A DNA stretch of 64,000 nucleotides from an uncultured virus (IMG/VR IMGVR_UViG_2911013136_000002). Lineage: Duplodnaviria; Heunggongvirae; Uroviricota; Caudoviricetes. Of the stretch, positions 58,238-64,000 are shown in pieces (position 1 is the stretch's first letter; each line of letters starts with the position of its first letter). The DNA lies in the IMG/VR virus record IMGVR_UViG_2911013136_000002. One strand, written 5' to 3'. The notes beneath the pieces are model-generated. The model made no database searches. It was not told where the DNA came from and worked only from the letters and a program-made list of their open reading frames with translations. Both the position numbers and the translations under genes were made by a program.

Positions 58238-58364
58238 TTGTTCATTTTCGGTATTTTGATATAATGGAAATAGAACCAAATATGTCCAAGACCGAGAGCG
58301 TGAGGACACTGATTGTGCAGAGTAGCATGGCTATCTCTGTATGATTGGTGTCCTCTTTTCTTTT
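58238..58364 (+). ncRNA. Promoter plus short structured leader/sRNA ending in a terminator
   Basis: ttgttc-N16-tataat; about 25-bp hairpin 58302-58355 with G-U pairs, followed by a U tract. Confidence 0.55.
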
Positions 58365-58392
58365 GCAGCAAACATGGTGGGAGGAATGTGTC

Positions 58393-58584
58393 ATGGGAAC
58401 CATCCAGCAGCAATTACAAAAATGGATGAAAGCAAACAAGATGCTCCGAACAGACAAGCATAAGAAAGAACCTAAACCAAAACGCTCCAAAGAACGATTA
58501 ACTGAGCGGGAACTAAAAGAACTGATGGGTGTTAATCGCCCTATTTATCGTCGTGCCAAAGGTGGCGCTTTTCGTCAGTGTTAA
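58393..58584 (+). CDS. Small basic phage protein
   Basis: LKELMGVNRPIYRRAKGGAFRQ; RBS ggagg. Confidence 0.65.
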   Translation: MGTIQQQLQKWMKANKMLRTDKHKKEPKPKRSKERLTERELKELMGVNRPIYRRAKGGAFRQC

Positions 58585-58608
58585 TCATTCATTTCGGAGG
58601 TTGAGAAG

Positions 58609-59037
58609 ATGGATAAGCCATTAGATGAAATTGATCGCAAAGCGACGAAAAAAGCGGTTGAAGCGGCATTAGAAAAGTATCGTATGTTTTTATTTACATT
58701 GAGCTTAGATCAGTTGCCACGGGTTACCCAGCAGTATTCGCTCGTTCCTCCTTCCAATACAAACAAATTCCATTCCTCAACCGAAGAAATGGCTATAAGA
58801 AATGCTGATTATGAACGGGAACGCGATGAATATGTTAAACGGGTGACTGCGGCAATCAATCGCTTAAGTAAATGGGAACGGGCGATTATCATCCGGCGGT
58901 ATATATCAGAAGATGATATGTACGATTACGAAATTTACAATGATCTTGGTATGAGTGAGCGAAAGTATTATCGCATCAAGTCACGGGCATTCTACAAGCT
59001 GGCCTTTGCCCTCCGGATCGAGGTGTATAAACAATGA
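58609..59037 (+). CDS. arpU: ArpU/RinA-family late activator
   Basis: PRVTQQYSLVPPS; KYYRIKSRAFYKLAFAL. Confidence 0.9.
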   Translation: MDKPLDEIDRKATKKAVEAALEKYRMFLFTLSLDQLPRVTQQYSLVPPSNTNKFHSSTEEMAIRNADYERERDEYVKRVTAAINRLSKWERAIIIRRYISEDDMYDYEIYNDLGMSERKYYRIKSRAFYKLAFALRIEVYKQ

Positions 59038-59576
59038 ACTTTGTGCAGCCGATTCGCGATCCGGAGAAGATTGAAGCGATTAAGCAATTTTTGAAAGAAC
59101 GGAACGAGCGAAATTATATATTGTTTTTAATTGGAATCAATACAGGGCTTCGCATTTCCGACATTTTAAAATTGAAAGTCAGCGATGTAAAAGGCACACA
59201 TATCAGCATTCGTGAAAAGAAAACCGGCAAACAGAAACGGATCCGTATTACTTCTTCACCGAAGCGGGAGTTGAATTGGTACATTGAATGAAAAGAAGAT
59301 GACGAATATTTAATCAAAAGCCGCAATGGACATAATAAGCCAATAGGCCGGAGCATGGCATACAAAATATTGCGGAAGGTTGCTGAGCGATTTCATTTGG
59401 ACGAGATCGGAACACATACGCTTCGCAAAACATTTGGTTATCACTTTTACCAACAAACGAAAGATGTGGCCATGTTGCAGGAAATCTTTAATCATTCGTC
59501 ACCAGTGATTACATTAAAGTATATTGGTGTCAACCAAGATTCGATGGACCGAGCTATGACGAAATTTAAAATTTAA
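59034..59576 (+). pseudogene. Small tyrosine recombinase with an in-frame TGA
   Basis: NTGLRISD, HTLRKTFGY, NHSS and KYIG in one frame; TGA at 59289-59291. Confidence 0.88.
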
Positions 59577-59629
59577 AAGACCGAATAAATCGGTCTTTTT
59601 TTGTCTGTCTTGTTTAGCTATCACGAAAG

Positions 59630-60154
59630 TCAATTATTTATTTTCTTTTTGGGAATTGTTAAGCTCTTCCAGTTATCAGATTTAAGTTGTTTCGCGATAT
59701 AAACTATTTGCCCAATATGATAAGAATAATGATACATTTGTCTTTCAATAGCTTCGATAACCGTATGAGGTTCACTTCGAATATAAATGATCTGAAGGAG
59801 ATGTTCTTCTTTAATCGTGTCTAAAGCTTTTAAGAATACATCCCAACCTTTATTCCAAACTTCGTATAACTCCTCACGACTTGAAATGGTATTTTCAAAT
59901 TCTCCATCCCTATCTCTATATGTTTTTTCACCATCTGAATGAAAAAAATCTGTCCACCGTGAAACCATATTTCCACTCATATGCTTAACAATTACTGCTA
60001 TACTGTTGGAGTTATCATTAGGTGACCAAAATAAGTCTGGGTCATCAAGTTGTTCAAATGCCTTTTCTGCTGTATTTTTCATACTTTCAAATCGTGTTTT
60101 AACAATTCTTAGATATTCCGAAGCTACAGATTGATTATTGGACATAGTAACCAT
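59630..60154 (-). CDS. DinB/DUF1572-family protein
   Basis: NSIAVIVKHMSGN, RDRDGEF, HYSYHIGQIV. Confidence 0.85.
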   Translation of the reverse strand: MVTMSNNQSVASEYLRIVKTRFESMKNTAEKAFEQLDDPDLFWSPNDNSNSIAVIVKHMSGNMVSRWTDFFHSDGEKTYRDRDGEFENTISSREELYEVWNKGWDVFLKALDTIKEEHLLQIIYIRSEPHTVIEAIERQMYHYSYHIGQIVYIAKQLKSDNWKSLTIPKKKINN

Positions 60155-60290
60155 CCCCTTTAAAAGATTTTTGTGTAAAAATGCTTTATATCTATACTTC
60201 TTTTTTAACAATGTGATTTCCTTGTACATCTAAAATTGGTTAGCTAAGAAGAAAATCAACTATATTTTTTAACATATATCTTTCTTTACT

Positions 60291-60404
60291 AATTACACAT
60301 AAAATATGAAGTGTGTAATTCATTTTTGTATATGGGGAAAATGCAGGAATATCAAGGGATTCGGCGAATTACCCAATTACACAAAATAGAAGATATGGGT
60401 AATT
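60291..60404. repeat. Two 30-bp inverted-repeat sites, putative recombinase targets
   Basis: aattacacat-N10-gtgtgtaatt at 60291 and aattacacaa-N10-atgggtaatt at 60375. Confidence 0.6.
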
Positions 60405-60436
60405 AAATTTTTAGAGATCAATACAAAGGGAGTGAA

Positions 60437-61288
60437 ATGATGAAGAAACATTTGGTTACATTAGATAACATAGAACTGGATGCAGCTTATTACAAAATAA
60501 ACGATTATATTTCGTTGGAAAAATATCCAAATCATGAGACGAGAACAATAATGGTTACTAACGACGATGTTGGAAATAGGTTTGAATCGAGCGGGTTATT
60601 ATTCTATACAGCACTACGTTTGGCTTTACCAGAAGTAAATGTTAGGGTTGCAAGATGCAGCTTATCTTGTGACGATAGCTTGTATGAAGTGTTAAAATTT
60701 TTTAATACAGTGCTCCTTAATTTTCACGCAGTAAAAGATGACAATTTTAAGGTTTATGAAACACATGCAGTATTAACATTAGAGAAGATAGAACGACTAA
60801 AGCGTATTCATGAAATAGCGATAGAAGTTAATAGGAAAAGAATCGAAGAAAGAAAGGCAGGGAACTTTGAACATACTAGATGGAGATACGCGTACGATCA
60901 GTACATAAGCGCATGCTCGAATCCATTGTTAGAAAGCAGTATTATGCATCTTATCACTGGATTAGAGTCATTACTTGTTAAAGGAGATACCTCTTTATCA
61001 CATAAGTTATCCCTTCACGCAAGTTTATTGCTAAAAAATGATATTAATGAGCGAAAAGAAATATATAACTTTTTAAAAAATATTTACAATGTTAGAAGTA
61101 AGGCGGTACACGGAGAAATTAAGGAATTGGTTAAATTATTGTCTAAACCAGATATATATGACAAGTATTTTAAACTAAAAACAATTTTTGTGGAAATTCT
61201 GTTAAAAACATATGGACTAGATGAAGAATGCATTTTTAGTCGTTTAGATGAAATCGTGTTTATGGCTCCTTCTTTTGATAAGGTGTAA
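60437..61288 (+). CDS. HEPN (Apea-like) domain protein
   Basis: LITGLESLL...IYNVRSKAVHG, an RxxxxH motif. Confidence 0.8.
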   Translation: MMKKHLVTLDNIELDAAYYKINDYISLEKYPNHETRTIMVTNDDVGNRFESSGLLFYTALRLALPEVNVRVARCSLSCDDSLYEVLKFFNTVLLNFHAVKDDNFKVYETHAVLTLEKIERLKRIHEIAIEVNRKRIEERKAGNFEHTRWRYAYDQYISACSNPLLESSIMHLITGLESLLVKGDTSLSHKLSLHASLLLKNDINERKEIYNFLKNIYNVRSKAVHGEIKELVKLLSKPDIYDKYFKLKTIFVEILLKTYGLDEECIFSRLDEIVFMAPSFDKV

Positions 61289-61307
61289 GAAGAATTTAAA
61301 TAAAAAG

Positions 61308-61430
61308 TGGCAGAAAAACGGCAGATTTTTGGCAGAAAGATAACAGATTATTTTGCTTTGGACGTGTTATGATTGTATCGTGGATATTTTATTTGAAGCA
61401 GGGCGTCACTCCGATCGGGGTGGCGTTTTT
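61308..61430 (+). promoter_or_regulatory. Late promoter of prophage 2 with terminator hairpin
   Basis: ggcaga 11-bp repeats, tgttatgat, gcgtcactccgatcggggtggcgttttt. Confidence 0.7.
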
Positions 61431-61484
61431 GTTTTATGATTATGAAAGAACTGGTCTCCTCGACCAGTTCCTGTAGTTAACAAG

Positions 61485-61691
61485 TTATAATCGTTTGTAT
61501 TGGTAAACATCTTTGATGAAATAAGCATGAAACCTCCCTTTTGAAGGAGCTGACATAAGATTTCGGTAAACATGTTCTGGCACGTTGTAATAATCATAAG
61601 TGCCGTCATGGAATTCAATTCTTAACGTTTGTGATACCGGATCGTATCCAACAGCTCTTAAATTTGATGAAACTACAGGATGCATAATCAT
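61485..61691 (-). CDS. KTSC-domain protein
   Basis: SSNLRAVGYD...LMSAPSKGRF. Confidence 0.9.
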   Translation of the reverse strand: MIMHPVVSSNLRAVGYDPVSQTLRIEFHDGTYDYYNVPEHVYRNLMSAPSKGRFHAYFIKDVYQYKRL

Positions 61692-62029
61692 GACATTTCA
61701 CCTCCTTATTTTTACAAATTTATTCAAAAAGGAAGTGAATTCCTTCTTTTGAGTCGAAAGAAATAGTAAAAAAGGATTAATTGCACTGTTTATGATTGAA
61801 CCATTGGAAAAGCTCCGTACATAAAATAGGGAGGTGAAATGATGTTAGGAATTGATTTGAGTCCTATTTATGAAATTGCCAGCTCAGTAGTAAAAGGGCT
61901 ACTACCTGTTGTTGTTGCAGCGATTTTAGTTAAAAAATCGCTGTATTGAATGTCGATAATTGACGAATAAATTTTGTAGGAAAATTCCTCCTTTTGTCGA
62001 ATAGAGTAGGCGGGAGGGGAGAGGATGAT

Positions 62030-62251
62030 ATGAGTAGATCATATTTGTTAAGCAAAATTAGAGAAGCCAGTTCAGATGAGGGAATTTTTGAGTTGGAATT
62101 TAAAACAAGAAACAATTATGAAACACAAGACATTATACAAACTGCAAAATGGTTAGAAAGCGAAATGTATATTCGATTAAAGGAATATAAAGCACAAAAG
62201 GCGGACGATGGTGAATTAGTATTTCTTTCGGGGAAAATTTTAGAATTGTAA
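62030..62251 (+). CDS. Hypothetical moron
   Basis: Sigma-H-like promoter and RBS. Confidence 0.55.
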   Translation: MSRSYLLSKIREASSDEGIFELEFKTRNNYETQDIIQTAKWLESEMYIRLKEYKAQKADDGELVFLSGKILEL

Positions 62252-62518
62252 TGGCATCTTTTTGCCGATATGAGCAAGCGGAAGGAGAGGGGATAGATGA
62301 GTTATCAAAACCAATTGGAAAAAGCTATTGAAAGAATGAGCGAAGGAGAAATGAGACAAACTTTATATGATATTTGTCTAATAATTAACAGAGGAAACGA
62401 AGGGGAAAAGGCAAATATGTTAGAAGATATTATCGAAACTGTGCGTGAACGAATTCTAAAAGATATGTAAATTAGAGCATCCGAATAATCGGGTGCTTTT
62501 TTATTTGGAGGGAAAACA

Positions 62519-62809
62519 ATGATTCCAAGCAAAGTCAAAATGGCCGGCGTGACGTATGAAGTGAGGGGAGAAGAAGGACTTGCAAGCGATCATGAATTAT
62601 TTGGATAAGTACTATATCGAAGTGGAATAATTCGTTTAGAAAAGACGCTAAGCAAGGACAGAAAAGAACAAGTATTTATTCATGAACTCCTACACGCTAT
62701 CTTTTATGAAGCTGGATATGAGGAACATGATGAAGAAGTGGTGCGGAGAGTAGCCAATGTGTTGTATCAAGTGTTAAAGGACAATCAGTTGAATTTTGAT
62801 GAAATCTAG
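62519..62809 (+). pseudogene. HExxH phage protein with an internal stop
   Basis: MIPSKVK...ELFG*VLY...FIHELLHAI; TAA at 62606-62608. Confidence 0.7.
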
Positions 62810-62862
62810 CAGGGGAATTTCACCTTTTGTCGAATTGATTTTCGATGAAAGGTGGGGTTTGG

Positions 62863-63363
62863 ATGGATGATAATTTTAAAAAAATATCACAATCACAAGA
62901 ACGTATTAAAGAAATGTTTAAGGATTTAAACTTGAGCGAACGATTAAAATTTACTTACCCGGAATCACTAAATTATCGAATCAGCGATCAATTTAATGCA
63001 ACGGTAAATCATATGAAGGAGATACAACAACAGATCGCAGAACAAAAGGCGCGTGAAAAACAAGAAGAACTCGAGTACAGAAAAGCTGTATTAAACGCCT
63101 TACAAGGAATAGAAAAAAATACGGCGTTTCTTTCAGAAGTTACGCTTTTATTACAAAAGAATATTGAAAAGCAAGATGAACTATTTCAATTGCTCGTAGA
63201 AATAATGGAAATAATGAAGTCAAGGACAAATGAAGAAGCAGAAAGTAAATATAGAAAAGTCATGAGGAAAATTGGTGAATTTGCAGGGGATATCGGGACC
63301 ATTCAAACTTTATATGGAATAGGGCAAGCTGTGTTTAATGCATTTCAATCTTTGCAAAAATAG
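62863..63363 (+). CDS. Coiled-coil hypothetical moron
   Basis: Own promoter and RBS hairpin; terminator at 63362-63384. Confidence 0.7.
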   Translation: MDDNFKKISQSQERIKEMFKDLNLSERLKFTYPESLNYRISDQFNATVNHMKEIQQQIAEQKAREKQEELEYRKAVLNALQGIEKNTAFLSEVTLLLQKNIEKQDELFQLLVEIMEIMKSRTNEEAESKYRKVMRKIGEFAGDIGTIQTLYGIGQAVFNAFQSLQK

Positions 63364-63400
63364 CATCCTTCGGGGTGCTTTTTTATTTGGAGTTGATTGT

Positions 63401-63712
63401 ATGAAAACAGAAGAGATTGTCCATCTAATCAGAACCAATAATCTCATGAAATTTTACAAATCTAAAGAGTGGAAGGAACTACGATTGCAAGCGTTAGAGC
63501 GTGATCATTACGAATGTCAGTCTTGTAAACGGAAGGGTAAATATAGTCGAGCTCAAAATGTTCATCATAAAAAAGAGGTAAAGACGCATCCAGAGCTTGC
63601 TTTAAATCTTGATAACGTTGAATCCATTTGTATTAGATGTCATAACGAAGAACACAAAAGGTTAGATAAATACATCAAGAAGAAAAAGTTTGTGAATGAG
63701 GAACGATGGTAA
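63401..63712 (+). CDS. Terminase-associated HNH endonuclease
   Basis: RDHYECQSC, VHH, CIRCHNEEH. Confidence 0.9.
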   Translation: MKTEEIVHLIRTNNLMKFYKSKEWKELRLQALERDHYECQSCKRKGKYSRAQNVHHKKEVKTHPELALNLDNVESICIRCHNEEHKRLDKYIKKKKFVNEERW

Positions 63713-63825
63713 ATGCAAATACCCCCCGGTCAAAAAATTTCGCCCTTTTTGGGGGAGTTGTTCAACGGGAGGGGGCCAAGAGGAAAAAAATTTTTTGCGA
63801 AATCTCACGCGAGGGGAGGGGGGTA

Positions 63826-64000
63826 TGATGGCCAAATTAAGCAGGAAAAAACAGGATGAACTCATCCAAAGAGAAGTTGACCGCCTCAATGCAGTGTTCG
63901 ATGAGCTGCCGGATCGCGAAAAAGAGGTGGCAAAAGGGCTAATTGAAAGGGTCGCTTTCATGACGATCCAGCTGGAGATTTTGGAAGATGAGATCAAATC
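63826..64000 (+). CDS. terS: Terminase small subunit, partial
   Basis: MMAKLSRKKQ...AKGLIERVAFMTIQLEILEDEIK, after the HNH/cos region. Confidence 0.7.

Larger units (their letters stand above)
45218..64000. mobile_element. Prophage 2, tyrosine-integrase temperate phage, partly degraded; continues beyond the window
   Basis: int, immA, cargo, immR, cro, replication, arpU, HNH, terS; arm-type repeat tttacccac x2 at 45271-45290. Confidence 0.92.

Noticed and set aside
59289..59291. In-frame TGA as programmed read-through or selenocysteine
   Set aside because: Other nearby lesions (TAG, TAA, indels) point to decay; GGA to TGA is a single substitution.
1..64000. tRNA, rRNA, CRISPR arrays, arbitrium aimR/aimP
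   Set aside because: None recognised by eye; no TPR receptor or peptide gene seen. tRNAscan and Infernal were not run.

Overview
The window holds two adjacent temperate siphovirus prophages of a Bacillaceae host; gene content suggests a Geobacillus/Parageobacillus/Anoxybacillus-like organism, which is inference only. Prophage 1 (about 1-45011) looks complete. It has a large serine integrase, a LexA-like CI/Cro switch, YqaJ/RecT, a replication initiator with DnaC, RusA, ArpU, HK97-type head genes, a long non-contractile tail, holin/amidase and several morons. Prophage 2 (about 45218 to beyond 64000) has a tyrosine integrase, ImmA/ImmR, replication genes, ArpU, HNH and the start of terS, and carries at least six frameshift or nonsense lesions. 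The roughly 210 bp between the prophages is an internal piece of the competence ATPase gene comGA, running from the Walker A to the Walker B motif and missing from the ORF track. comGA is therefore cut into three by two phages that use different recombinase families. Protein-coding highlights: a kinase + GNAT-ASCH + ASCH operon, a Panacea/VapB-like fusion paired with a PIN toxin, an FtsK + replication-relaxation module, and sigma-K-type sporulation cargo. Non-coding highlights: a covarying bistable RNA structure shared by both phages, sigma-H-like moron promoters whose spacer pairs with their own RBS, and a prophage-2-type late promoter inside prophage 1. All family assignments come from motif recognition by eye; no searches were run.
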